NCBI GenBank assembly: GCA_038087875.1
Contig: CM075985.1
Span: forward strand, 12,462,001 to 12,526,000
Source of the DNA: Malacoraja senta
Lineage: Eukaryota
Direction: 5' to 3'
DNA length: 64,000 nucleotides
Below the pieces are notes generated by a model. The model saw only the letters and a list, made by a program, of their open reading frames with translations. It was not told the DNA's origin and did no database searches. The position numbers and the translations under genes are program-made. Positions 40,201 to 53,760 of the stretch are shown here, in pieces. The stretch's first letter is position 1. Each line of letters opens with the position of its first letter.

Positions 40201-41569
40201 CTATTCACAAAGAACTACCTGGGTATATTCCCCTACATTGCAGAGCCAGCTCCATTATAGAAGCCTCTAGCTAAGATTTACCTCTTACAAAATTCTTTGT
40301 TTTTGAGGGTGATTACATAGAATTGATTCAGAATATACTAAAGGAAAGGAATTGGAAACCAGAATCTCTGGGGTTTTGCAGGAATCAATGATTTGGATTA
40401 TGTACCATGTAGTGTTAAGGGCTTCTTCTCAATGCTTGTATGTTGTTAGATGTAATGTAACAGCATTGCTCGAAGAGAAACCTTCTTTGTGCTCTGTGTC
40501 AAATGTTCCAGGTGAGCAGAGCAGTTGCAAAGGATGATTGACTACTCAATACCCCAAACTGCTGCCACTGAAGCTGTTGGTTACTGCAGTACATCCCCTG
40601 CCATTTTATTTTTCTGAGAGAATTCATGCTGCTCTTTCAGATGCATTCATCTTCCCATGGGAGACTGTACTGCATCTGAACATTATCAGCAAAACTTTGG
40701 CAGCAGCATTTAGAATATTCATCAGCACACACAATGGTGGATCAGGTAGAGCACTATTTCTGTGATGTCCACTGTCTGCTGCAGGAGAAAGAATTATCTC
40801 AGGTCACAGCTACTACTAGTATCCCAGGCCAAACCTAGACTCATTCAGGTTCCTGGAATTGTCAACAGAGCAACAGACCAACTCAAAATGAAAATATTCT
40901 ACATACTTCCGGAAAATTCCCATTGGTCTGCGTATTCTTATAATCTTTCTACACAAAATGCACTCATTCTTATAACTTCTCATGTAGCTGGGTTTATTAC
41001 TTACGTACATTATTTTACATGTTGTGCATTTTATACCACATCATGTGTTATTGCATATAAGGTTCAGGTATACTGTACAGTAAACTGAGTTAGCAGGTAT
41101 GACATAATGTATGTAATATTTAAATAACATGCATACATTATTGTGTATAATGTTTCTATACTGACAACTAGATTGTAATAATGTTCATTTTGAACATCTG
41201 GATCTGGGGATCACAAGTACACTGCCGGAAGTGTTAGATGATTCTGGAGATAGACAAATTAAAGGAATTCTAAGGGTATTTGAAAATTGGGCAGACAAGT
41301 AGCAGGTGCAATTCATTGCAGAAAATGTAAACTGCTTCACGGAGACAAAACTTTAAAGAGACTTCACTGGAAAGAAACTAATGTGCATAAAAACTGAAAG
41401 CAAATTGTGAAAAATTATTTCAGAGCTAAGAGCGAAGTAAATCAAGTGCCGTGATGTAGTCAATGATGTCATAAAACAGCAAGGCTCTCCTGCTTCTCCA
41501 TTGATTATTTTCCCACCTACTTTAAGTGATAAATCATCTCAGTACCAAAGAATAGCTTGGTAAGTGTAC

Positions 41570-43020
41570 CTTAAGGACTACCGTCCAGTGGCTCAAAAAT
41601 CTACCATCATGAAGCGCTTCGAGAGGCTGTCACGGCACAAGTCAACTCCGGTCTCACGAACAGCCATGATCCATGGTACTTTGTCCACTGCTGTAATAGA
41701 TCCATGGCAGATGCCTTCTCCTTGAGCCTACACTTACCTCTGGAATATCTGAATAGCAAGGATATCTACGTCAGACTCCAATTTATTGGCTATAGCTCCA
41801 TCTTCAACACCATAACTCCAATATAACATCTCCAAACCTCCGGTCCTAGGACTCACCACTCCCATCTGCAACTGGATCCTCAACTTACTGACCCATAGAC
41901 AGCATTCAGTATGGATAAGTGACAAACATCTTCAATAATTCTCAGCTTCAGTGCCCCATAAGGTTGTATCCTCAGCCCCTTATTACACTCCCTATGCCCT
42001 CAGGACTATGCAGCCAATTCTGCCCTAACTCATTTATAAGTTTGTAGATGACACCACTGCATGGGCTGGATCTGAACAATGAACAGGAAGGAGATGGAGT
42101 GTTTAGTAACATGGTGTCAAGACTACAACCTCTCCCTCAATGTCAGCAAAATGAAGGAGCTTATCATCAAAGTCAGGAAACAGGTGGAATACATACCGCA
42201 GTCTGAATCAATGGTGCTGAAGTGGAGGTGGTCAATAGTTTCAAGTTCCTAGGTGGAAGTGTTTCCATCAATTTGTCCTGGTCTGAATAACCACACCAGC
42301 ACATCTCCGAAGACTAAAGAAAATTTGTCATGTATCCAATGCCTCTTACCAATTTCTACAGATGTACCATAGAAACATAGGTGCAGGAGTAGGCCATTCG
42401 GCCCTTTTAGCCATTCAATATGATTATGGCTGATCATCCAAAATCAGTACCCCGTTCCTGCTTTTTCCCCATATCCCTTGATTCCGTTAGCCCTAAGAGC
42501 CAAATCTACTGTAACTCTCTCTTGAAAACACCATAACCAGCATCATCACAGCTTGGTATGGCAACGGCTCTGACCAAGAGGACAAGAAATTGCAGAGTTG
42601 CAAACACAGCCCGGTCCATCATATATTGATTCCACCTATACTTCATGCTGCCTCAGGATGTGGGCAACAGAATAAGGACCATTCACACCCCGCTTAGTCT
42701 CTCTGCTCTCCTCTCCTGTTGGGCAGATTATACCAAAGCTTGAAAACACGTACCACCAAATTGAAGAACAGCTTCTTCGCTGCTGATATCAGTCTCTTGC
42801 ACGGACCTCTCACACACTGGGGAATGTCCCAATTTTCCAATCGACCTTATTGCTGCCCTTGCACTTTAAAAAAAATCTTTACTTTCTCTGTAGATGTTGA
42901 ACTATATTCTGCACTCTGTTTATTTTCTCTTTTTGGACTATCTGATGAGCTCTTACATTGTATGCTTTTTCTGGATAGCACACAATGTTTTTTACTGTAC
43001 ACGTGACAATAATAAACCCA
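41570..43020 (+). mobile_element. Decayed Rex1/L2-type LINE with a small minus-strand CR1 insert (~42370-42530)
   Basis: DYRPVA, MKRFERL, KFVDDTT, LNVSKMKEL motifs; AATAATAAA near the 3' end. Confidence 0.7.
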
Positions 43021-43469
43021 TACTAGATTATTGGTACAACCCCATTTAGAAGATTGTGACCATTTTTCATCAACATAATGAAAAATGGTGTCAAAAATAT
43101 AAAGAGAAGAGTTACCAGGATAACTGAGGGGATGGTGGGATTGGATTATGAGGAGCAATTATATAAACGGTACATGTTCTCACAAAGAAGGGAAGCTTAA
43201 AAGTGATATGATTACTGGTTTTATTTTCATATAAGCTACAGCGTAATATTGTTGGTGCAAGTGATGTTGCAAGTAGAGCCCAACTGGACCATAACTCCAT
43301 CTGTAATACTCTGTATCTGTGAATTACCAGGATTCACAGTTAGCTCACAGTAGCAATCTTTAAAGTGCTACCAACATACCCAAACTGTAAAACACCAACT
43401 ACCAAAGGAGCACCACCAAGAACAAAGTCGCCCAGGGCAATCCAAAGTCCAGCAATCAGGTGATAACCA

Positions 43470-46400
43470 CCCAGAGCACTCACTGGGTAAAGTAGAAGAA
43501 CCTCGGCCATGGAGAATCACTCACTCACTCTGTCCAGGTCAATCACTCGCCAAGGGTTGGCCAATTATTGAGGCCAGTTAATCGCAGAGGATCAGCATCA
43601 GTCAACAGCTGATAGTTGACCACTGGCCGAGAGTCAGTCACTCATCGAAGGTTTGCTCACTCAGGATCGCCGAGCGTCAGGGCATGGTCTTAGGATTGGT
43701 CACCCGCCAAGGGCTGTTCATTTGCCGATGATCAGTTACTCATGGAGGGATGTTCACTCAAGATCGCCGAGTGTCAGGCCATAGTCATAGAGCGGATCAC
43801 TCACCGAGGGCTGCTCATTCACCGAGATCCAGTCTTTCTGGATCCGTCACTCACTGCGAACTGTTCACTCACTGAGGATCAGTATTCACTGAGAATTAGT
43901 CATTTAATGAGAATCGATCACTCGCTGAGGACTGGCCACTTGCTCAGGATTCATGATTCACTGAGGGTTTGTTCACTCAGTCAGGATCAGTCACTCACTG
44001 AGAATTGGTCATTCACTGAGCATCAGTCACTCACTGATGTTCAGTCATTCACTGGGGATCAGTTACTCGCTGAGAATCGGTCAAATGCCTGGAATGGTCA
44101 CTCACTGAGGGTCAGTATCCACTGAGAATTGGTCACTTACTGACCACCAGTCACAGTCATAGTCCTACAGCATGGAAACAGGCCCTTCAGGATAACTTGT
44201 CCATGCAGACCAAGCTACCCATCTAAGCTCGTCCCATTTGCCCGTAATTGGCCCCATCAGTCAAAACCTTTTTCCTATCTATGTACCTGTCCATGTGTCT
44301 TTTAAATGTTGTACTGTACCTGCCTCAACTACCTGTCCTGACAGCTCATTCCATGTACCCACCATCCTATGTGTGATGAATCTGCCCCTCAAGTTCTTAT
44401 TAAATCTTTCCAATGTCACTTTAAGCCTATGCCCTCTGGCTCTTGATTCCCCAACTCTGGGGGGAAATACTTTGTGCATTCACACGATCTATTCCCCTCA
44501 TGATGTATGCACCTCTATAAGACCATCCCACACCCTCTTTGTTTTAAGGAATAAAGTCCTGGCCTGCACAACATTTTCCAATAGCTCAGGCCCTTGAATC
44601 CTGGCAACGTCCTTGTATTTCTTCTCAGCACTCTTTCCACCTTAATGGATCTTTCCCAATAGCAGGGTGACCAAATCTGAACACAATACTCAAAGTTCAC
44701 CCTCATCCTCTCCACTCAATTCCGACTGATGAAGGCTAATGTGCCTAAAGCATTCTTCACCACCCGATCTACCCGTGAATTATGTACCTGTACTCCTAGA
44801 TCCTTCTGCTCTACAATACTCCCCAGTGCCCTACCATTCACTGCGAAGGTCCTGCGCTGGTAGGACTTCCCAAAATGTAACACCTCACGCTTATCCGAAT
44901 TAAACTACATTTGCAATTCCTTGGCCCACTTAACCAGCTGATTAAGATTCCACTGTAATTCTAGATAAATAGTTTCACAGTCTACTATACCACCTATATT
45001 AGTGTCATCTACAAACTTACTAGACATTCATACACAAATCATTAGATATGGATGACAAATAGCAATGGGTCCAGCACCAATCCATGAGGCACACCACTGG
45101 TCATATGCCTCCAGTCATAAATCTTCTACCACAACTCGCTACTTCCTACCATGAAGCTGATTCTAGATCCAGTTCGCTAGCTCTCCCCAGATCTTGCTGA
45201 GGATCAGTGACTGGTTGAGGGACAGCCACTGGTTAATATCACGTCATAAGGGTGGCCACCGATAAATGGTGTTCATTCACCAAGGTCAGTCAATCGCTGA
45301 GGGTCACCCAATTACTGAGGATCGGTCACTTATGAAGACTGGTCACTGGCTGAGGGCCACCTGTTCTCTGGGATTGATAGCACGGAGGACTGGACATTTA
45401 TTTTGGATAGGCCACTTGCAGAGGATCAGCCATTTACTGAGGATGTCAGTCATTGTGCGTTGTGACCTGCTGAGGGCAAGTCACTCATTGAGGTAAGTTG
45501 TTGGGGAATGATTATATTGTGAGGGTCTGTCATTCGCTGAGGATATCAATTATTGAGTGGATTTCTCAACGTACAAGGATTCTCTTTGGTCTGACAAGAT
45601 TGAGTATCATCCCCAAGGGTCCTCACACATCAGGGTGATTTACACACCAGGGATCAGTCTACTTGATGGTCCTGACTCACTGAGTATCAGTCTCTCCGAG
45701 GTTCACGCACTCACCAAGGCTCAGTCTCCCCGAGTCTCTCACTCACTGAAGGTCAGTCTCTATGGAGGTCCCAGGGTCCTCACCCATTGAGGATTAGTCT
45801 CTAAGAGTCACTCACTCATTGAGATTCAAACTCACTGAGGTCACTCACCCACTGAGGATCAGTCTCAAGGAGTAACTCACTCATTGAGATTTAAACTCAC
45901 TGTCGCTCACTCACTGAGGATCAGTCTCTATGAGTCACGCACTCACAGAGATTAGAAGTCATTGAGGGTCCTCACTCATTGACGTTTGATCCTCATTGAG
46001 GGTCCTCACTCACTGAGATACAAACTCTGAGTATCATTCATTCACTGAGGATCAGTCTCTCTAAGGGTCCTCACCCACTGAGAATCTTTCTGAGGGTCGC
46101 TCACTTACTGAGGATCAGTCTCTGATTGAGATTCAATCATTTGCTTATGGTTACACTTGCTGAAGGTGAATGACTCCGCCTGTCAGCCGTTGAGATCAGT
46201 TGATCATTGAAGATTGGATCTCTCAGAACCTCAGCCGCTCGCTGGGGGTGTCATTCAATTGCTGGGAGCTATTCACTCACTGAGAGCCAGACACTTGCTC
46301 AGTGTTGATCACTCTCTGAGAATCAGTCACTTTCTAAAAGTCAATCACGGGGTCAATCACTGAGGACCAGTTACTCACTGAGGTAGGGATCAGTCTCCTC

Positions 46401-47150
46401 AAAGCTCACCCAGTCAATGAAGATCAGTCACTTGTTGAAATTCAGTGACTTACTGGGATTTATTTGTTTAATGGGACTCATTTTTTGTTGAGGGTTAGTT
46501 ACTCTCCAGGGGCTGGGACTCACCAGTCAATCACTGATCCAATAAATGCTGATGCCAGTTATTCACTGAAGGATAATCATTCACTGACGCTAGTTAATTG
46601 CTGATGATTCATCACTTGCTGAGAATCCGTCACTCCCAAAAAGATCAGTCACTTGCTACGAGTTGGTCAATGATTGAGGGTGGTCACTCTCCGAGGATCA
46701 GCCACTCACAGACCCTTGGGGAAAATCTGTCACTTGCTGAGGATTTCAATCACAAAGGTCAATATTCCACTGACCATCAGTTACTCAGTTTAGTGATTTG
46801 CTGATAATTGCTCACTTGTTGAGGGTCATCCAGTCAGTTAGTGAAGTTGGTTAATGGCTGGGGCCAAGTCACTTGCTGCGTTTGGATGCTCCCTAAAGGT
46901 CAGTCATGCTCCGAGGATTGGTCACTCCCTGACCTCAATCAGTCAGTCACTGGGTTTGGTCACTGACCTTTGACTGAAGATCAATCACTCACTCAAATTT
47001 AGTCAATCATTGAGATTTGGTCACTCACTGATAGACTGCCATTGACAATCAATCGATCAATCATCGTGTGTCAGGCACTGGTTGAGGATCAGTTGGTGTC
47101 AGATATTCAGAAAGTGAAGCATAATCCACTAATCATCGAGGGTCAATTGA
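43470..47150. repeat. Degenerate ~18-bp minisatellite (consensus approx. CACTCACTGAGGATCAGT), split by a CR1
   Basis: Recurring ACTCACTGAG / GGATCAGTC; 6-aa periodicity (HSLRI-like) in overlapping ORFs. Confidence 0.8.
44155..45190 (-). mobile_element. CR1 LINE fragment inserted in the minisatellite
   Basis: EYCVQIWSP, FPPRVGESRARGHRLKV...WNEL peptides on the minus strand. Confidence 0.8.
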
Positions 47151-47539
47151 TCATAATGTGGGAATCCAAACCAGATTAATGGCCAAAACTCCACCAGGAA
47201 ATGCAGCAGATCATCAATATATAAGGTGGTGTCATTGAAGAATTGGTCTTTCTACACGCGGGAGGCCATCAAAAGATCTGAACATTCTGAGAGCCCTGGT
47301 TCTAACCTCAATAATTAAGTTTCTGTTAATTCACACATATGATCTCTGACTCCACCCAGCTCTGGAGTGCCTCATTGGCAGCTGCTCTTCATTTCATTAT
47401 ATGTTTCGAGAGAAGCTTTTGTGCAAAATTGCCAGAGAAAACAGATACAGATCACTGTGCAGTGCACTTATGGGTTCAGATATTCCAGATGAGCCGGTAT
47501 GTACAGCAGCATTCCCAGGACAGCAGGATGACAGGACAC

Positions 47540-48290
47540 TGAGAGAAAGAGCAGGCAATCTTAAAACTAATGGGAAAATGGAAGGGAATATTGAAGGGAC
47601 AAAATGTAGCATAGGCAGAAGATGTAAGGTGAAAGAAGTGAGGGGAAGAGTGAGAAAGAGGCAAGAGAGGTGAGGGGGGAGAAGTGATGGGGAAAGACGT
47701 GGACAGAAGAGGTGAATGGACAAGGTGAGGATGAGGCAGGCAGGTGGGTGGGGCAAAGAGGTAGGGAGACAAGGTGGAGGCACAGGGGGAAAAATGTGGG
47801 TGGAAGTGTGAGAAGGCAGGAGAAGAGATAAAAGTGAGGTGAAGAATAAGAGAGCGAGGAAGGAGTGGAAAGATAATGGGGAAAGAGGTGAGGAGGTGGG
47901 GAGGCCAAGAATGGCAGGATAAACATGGATAGAGAGGACAAGAATAAGCTAATGGATACAAGTAAGGGGATGGGGAGGGGATTGTGAGGAAGAAAATCAG
48001 AGGAAAGAGAATTAGGAGAGGGAGAGAATAAGATAGGGAAGAGAAAAGGTGAAGTGGGGAGATGGTAGAAGGGGAGGAGAAGCAGGAAGAGGAAAGAATA
48101 GGGTGTGGGTGAAAGTAGAAGAGAGGACGATGTTAGAAGAAAAGGACAAGAGAAATGAAGAAGTGAGAAGGAAGAAAGCAATGAGAGAGTATGGTGAAAT
48201 GAGGAGATTATGAGGGTTGGGGAATGTGAGAGGGTGTAGGAAGGTGGGGATAGGAAGAGAAGAGGGAAAGGAGGAAAAGGAACAACCAAA
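47540..48290. repeat. Purine-rich low-complexity tract
   Basis: ~750 bp strongly G/A-biased on the plus strand. Confidence 0.8.
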
Positions 48291-49683
48291 TTGTGGCAGT
48301 TGAGAAGTCAGGAGTGAGGCTGAGATATGGAAGAATGATCAGCTCTAATGGAATCCACACTCCAGTTCGACTCTGTGCAGGAAAGAAAGCAGCAAAAGGT
48401 CACAGATAAATTCCAGCTGTAACCCTAACTGTCTCTGTGCTGCCTGCCACTCCTCCCCCCCCCCCCCTCTCTATCAATAGTACCCCTCCCTCGCACACTG
48501 CTATACAATGCAGATTATTTTTCAGGGCTCTCCCTTTGATATGGTTTGGTGATTTTTTCAACATTATATTCCCAGTCAATTCTGTACCTTCCCCGTGATC
48601 TACACCCAACCACCACCCCTCATTCCCCCTCCTCCCCTGACTATGGCTATGCTACCCACAAGCCTCCCTAGACCCTTCCTGCATTTCTGGGGGAGGGGGG
48701 ACTAGTCATTTTCTTAAACTTCCTCTTGCCTTCCTCACTATAAACTCTCCCCTCCCCCCTTTGCATGGGATTCTTCCCCCAGTCCACGAGGCTCTCCTTC
48801 CCCTCTACAACAACCCTATTCCGTTTCCCAGAGAGGACTCTGCGGAATTCCCAAATCCCCAACCTCAGGGAAGATGGGGAACTTGCCCCTGGTGAATTGA
48901 AGCCACAAATCAGCTTTGTGGAGAAAGTCACTGCACTTCTCTTGCCATACTTCTGGCAGAGAAGGGGCAAACTGGCAGTGTTGGAGAGGTTTCTTTCACA
49001 AAGTTATAAATCAGGCAGAGAGACAGCGATATGCTTTAATCTCAAACAGCTGTCACAACATGATACGCAGCACAATCACTACACGATGGCAATGAAGGAG
49101 GCCGAGCGAGTGCACAAGGGGTCTAGGCAGAAGTAAACTTTTACAGCACTGCAATCCCACTTTAATCTGTCGCATCTGTCACAGGGCTGTTGAGCCCAAG
49201 TACAGCAGTAGGGTCACCACCGTCTCTGGGTTAGAGGTGAAGACAGGCAGGGTCTCTTTTGTAAATCTTTGCCCTGAGATGACTCGGTTAGAGAAATGAC
49301 TAATCGACCAACGTTTCTGCTCCAGAATCCTGCTGCACAGAAAAGGGAAATCACCCAGAGTTGTTGTTTCTGATCATTGCCCTGTGTGTCCTCGATTAGG
49401 ATAGGAAGAGGAATGACCCACAAATCCTGTTCCTAAGTTGCCTTAATTGGTTCACAACTAGCATTAAATTTCACCCAACTGAATAATGTGTAGAGAATAA
49501 TGTGTTTTCCCTTGTCAGCCCCAATTTGTAACTTGTTTAACTCCACACTGTATCTTACTCGGTTGCAGACTTTGACCTGCTCTAATCGATCTCTGTCCCC
49601 ATGGCTGCCAAACTGTGACCCACCAAACCTAATCTTGCTAATATTTTCATAAAGATAATAAAATATGAAACGTCAGTACCTGG

Positions 49684-50058
<375 letters not shown>

Positions 50059-50477
50059 TCACATGCCAGAGCAAATACATAGACAAAAGCAGATGCACAT
50101 ACAAACGTGCACATATCCCAATGAACACAAGTGCAGGCACACACAAACATATATAAGCATAATGCATACATGGGGTAACAAAACACAGGCCGAAGTGCAC
50201 GTGCACACAAACATACACAGAGCACCAAGGCATGCACAAAGGAGCACACAAACAGATGCACACGTGTACATGTTCATGTATGAATGGAAAATAAATATAA
50301 AGAGAGACAAAAACAGACAGGGATGGCAAGGTGACAGTAACATTGGAATCAGACAGGGAAAGAGATGGGCAGGGAGGAAACCAAATAAAAGCAGATGAAA
50401 AAATAATTGTGAAGTCAAAGGATGTTGGTGCAAATAAACAGAAAAAGGGAAGAAGAAAACAATTCCAATAGATAAAT

Positions 50478-50750
50478 GGAGAGGAAGAGGGAGAGGGAGA
50501 GGGGGAGAGAGAGGGGGGGAGAGAGGGGGGGAGAGAGAGGGGGGGAGAGAGAGGGGGGGAGAGAGAGGGGGGGAGAGAGAGGGGGGGAGAGAGAGGNNNN
50601 NNNNNNNNNNNNNNNNNNNNNNNNNNNNNNNNNNNNNNNNNNNNNNNNNNNNNNNNNNNNNNNNNNNNNNNNNNNNNNNNNNNNNNNNNNNNNNNNNNNN
50701 NNNNNNNNNNNNNNNNNNNNNNNNNNNNNNNNNNNNNNNNNNNNNNNNNN
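50478..50750. other. (GAGAGAGGGGGG)n repeat followed by an assembly gap (N at 50597-50750)
   Basis: Directly visible in the sequence. Confidence 0.97.
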
Positions 50751-51479
50751 TTTGTGGATATTTATGAATGAGATTTAAAGAAATAAAAGAAAAATAAGCA
50801 GTAAGAAAAAAGACAGTCAAATCAGAAAAAAGGAATGGAAAGTGATTGAAAAAATAATGAAAATGAAGAGGAAAAAGTTGAGTATAGTGGGGATGAAGAG
50901 GGGGGGTGGAGTGAGAAGGAATAGGGATCACATGAGTAAAGGTAAAAGGTAAAAGTAAGAGACAATTGGGGAAAGGGAAAGAACAGGGAAAGAGCATTGT
51001 TAACACTTCAAATATTGAAGCATGCTGAGATTTAACAGACATTTCATTCCAGCAAAGACAAGCAGACATAATTCAGTAAAGGCAGCAACAGAATTCTTCA
51101 ACACTAATATCACAGATTAAAATTTAAAATGGATCAACTCATAGATAATTAAGAGCATTTAGATCATCCCTCTAAAGCAAGCTACATTCCTCGCCATCTC
51201 ATTTTCTAATTGGCCCTCGAGTTATTCCAGAAACTTCGGGCCAAATTTCCTATCTACAACCCAATGTATGTGAAGTAATAGACCATGTCCTCTTACACTG
51301 CAAACATTACTTCATTTTAGATTCAAGATTAACCTTTGCTATTATACCCATTCGAATTTGTATATCCTCTGGAAGGATCCTTTACAAAAGCCCTCAACAT
51401 TTGAGTGATCCTCAACAATACTGATCCTTTATTCGCCTGTCAAGGAAACGTTCTCATTCCCTACCGCTTTTAGAAATAT

Positions 51480-52120
51480 AATTTGCCTTCATCAGTCAGA
51501 GTATTGAGTATAGAAGTCGGGAGGTCATGTTGCAGTTGTATAAGACGTTGGTGAGGCCACATTGTGAGTATTGTGTTCATTTCTGGGCACCACGTTATAG
51601 GAAAAATGTTATCAAGCTGGGAAGGGTACAGAGAAGATTTACGAGGATGTTGCTAGGACTAGAGTGTCTGAGCTAGAGTGAGAGGTTGAGTAGGCTGGGA
51701 CACTATTCCTTGGAGCACAGGAGGATTAGGGGTGATCTTATAGAGGTGTGTAAAATCATGAGAGGAATAGATGCACAGAATCTCTTGTCCAGAGTAGATG
51801 AATCGAGGACCAGAGGACATAGGTTTAAGGTAAAGGGGAAAAGATTTAATAGGAATCTGAGGGTTAACATTTTCACACAAAGGGTGGTGTGTGTATGGAA
51901 CAAGCTGCCAGAGGATGTAGTTGAGGCAGGAACTATCCCAATGTTTAAGAAACAATTAGATAGGTACATGTATAGGACAGTTTGGAGGGATATGGCCCAA
52001 ATGCGGGCAGGTGGGACCAGTGTTGGTCAGACACGTTGTGGGCAAGTTGGACCGAAGGGCATGTTTCCACACTGTATCACTCTAGGGCTCTAGGACGCTG
52101 GGACGCTGGGACGCTAGGAT
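51480..52120 (+). mobile_element. CR1 LINE 3' fragment
   Basis: YSLEHRRIRGDLIEVCKIMRG...TRGHRFK...WNKLPE; 8-bp repeat tail. Confidence 0.82.
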
Positions 52121-53760
52121 TCTGTTGTGCTGCAGCAAGTAAGAATTTCATTGTTCCTTCCGGGACATATGACAATAAAACACTCTTGACTTTCTTGACT
52201 CCACGGCTCTAGGACTATGGCTCTAGGACTCTAACCAATTCAGCCCCTTTTTTTTAAGGAGGATCCCCTATTTATTTAGGCTCCCTTCCCATTTATTTTT
52301 TCACTAAAGGATTGTTTTTAATTAAGGAGTCCACCCTTTGTTGACAGTCCCTTGGATACCTCCCAGGAAGCCTCTTTTCAGCTTCCCTAGGTTTGGCAAC
52401 AAGTCAGATCAAGCAAGTAACAGGTCTGGGAGGCAACTGACAACCAGGTCCTGATATGGAATGGTGTATTAATTGTTGTTTTAATACCAATCTGGTAATC
52501 ATTTGCTTTGGATACTTTACTCCCAGGCAAAACAACACTCTGTAAACAGTCTCTGAGTTGGAGTTGACTATCTACACTAATTGCCCATAACTCCATCCTT
52601 TAAGGTCTCTTCAATTAAAGGTGTCTAAAGTCAAGTTTCGCCAAACTCTTAAATTAGTTTTGAAGATGGTTCTGGGAAGATTAGATTTGTAGACAAGCCA
52701 GACAGTTACAACAAGTGAAGAACTTTAGACACAGTTTTGCCAAAAGCAAAGAATCAATTAAGAGTAATAATTGAAAGATTAATAATTTTATCAGCAGAAG
52801 TTAAACATAGTAAAAACAGAAAATGCTCAAATGTTCAGCCAGTCAAGCAGTGTCTATGGAGGAAGAAACAGTCAACATTTCAGGTCGATAACTTTTCATC
52901 AAAACTAGAAAAAGATAGAAATCAGACATGGTTTAAGATGCAGCAAAAGGGGAGAGGAGGTCAGAACAAAGGGAACGTCTATGAAAGGGTGAAGAAAGGT
53001 TGATATAATTAGCAATGATGCTGGCTGAGACAGGGTGGCGATGGTTTGTTAACTGTAGTTGATCTTTCTCGATAAGATGTATATAAAAATAAAGATGTAT
53101 AAGATGAATGAAAACAGAACAGAGAATAAAATAAACTGTGGAACGTTGAGATACAAAATATTACAGCTGCTGGAAATCTGAAATAAGGGAATTGAAATAC
53201 TCAACAGATTAGGCAACATCTGTGGAGAGAGAAAAACAAAGAAAGGGCTAATGATTTTTCACCAGACCTGGCTACTTCAGTACAAATTAAAAAGGATGGT
53301 TATCTGAAATTGATGAATTCAGTGTGAAGTCCTGAGGGCCAAATTTTGTCTCATAGCAGAGTGGGAATGAAATAGAGAATTAAAGTGAAAAGTGACTGGT
53401 CACCTTATGGAGATAATATAAATCTTCTGCAAAGCTGTCAATTAATCTGCATTTCTCCAACCTACAGGAGACAACATTGTGATTGTCTAAGGTACGACTC
53501 TAAATTGAAAACAGAACAAATGGAATAGATTTTGCAACTGGAAGGAGTATTTGGCTTACTGTTGGGCTTAAAGAGAAAAGTTAAAAGGGCAACTTTCATG
53601 GGATGGTTCTACAAGAAAGGAAGTGATTGATAGAAATGGGAGAGTATCCAGAGGTTTGTAGAAGGAACATTTACTTCTGAATGCTTTAAGGAGAGGGGAG
53701 TGGAAGATGCATCTGACAATGGCATTCTATTGAAGATCAAGTCAAGTCAAGTCAACTTTA

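Noticed and set aside
43470-47150. CRISPR-like array interpretation of the periodic repeat
   Set aside because: No constant repeat with unique spacers, no cas genes, and a eukaryotic context.
47397-48289. Long L/S/P/F-rich ORFs
   Set aside because: Artefact of stop-poor pyrimidine low-complexity sequence.
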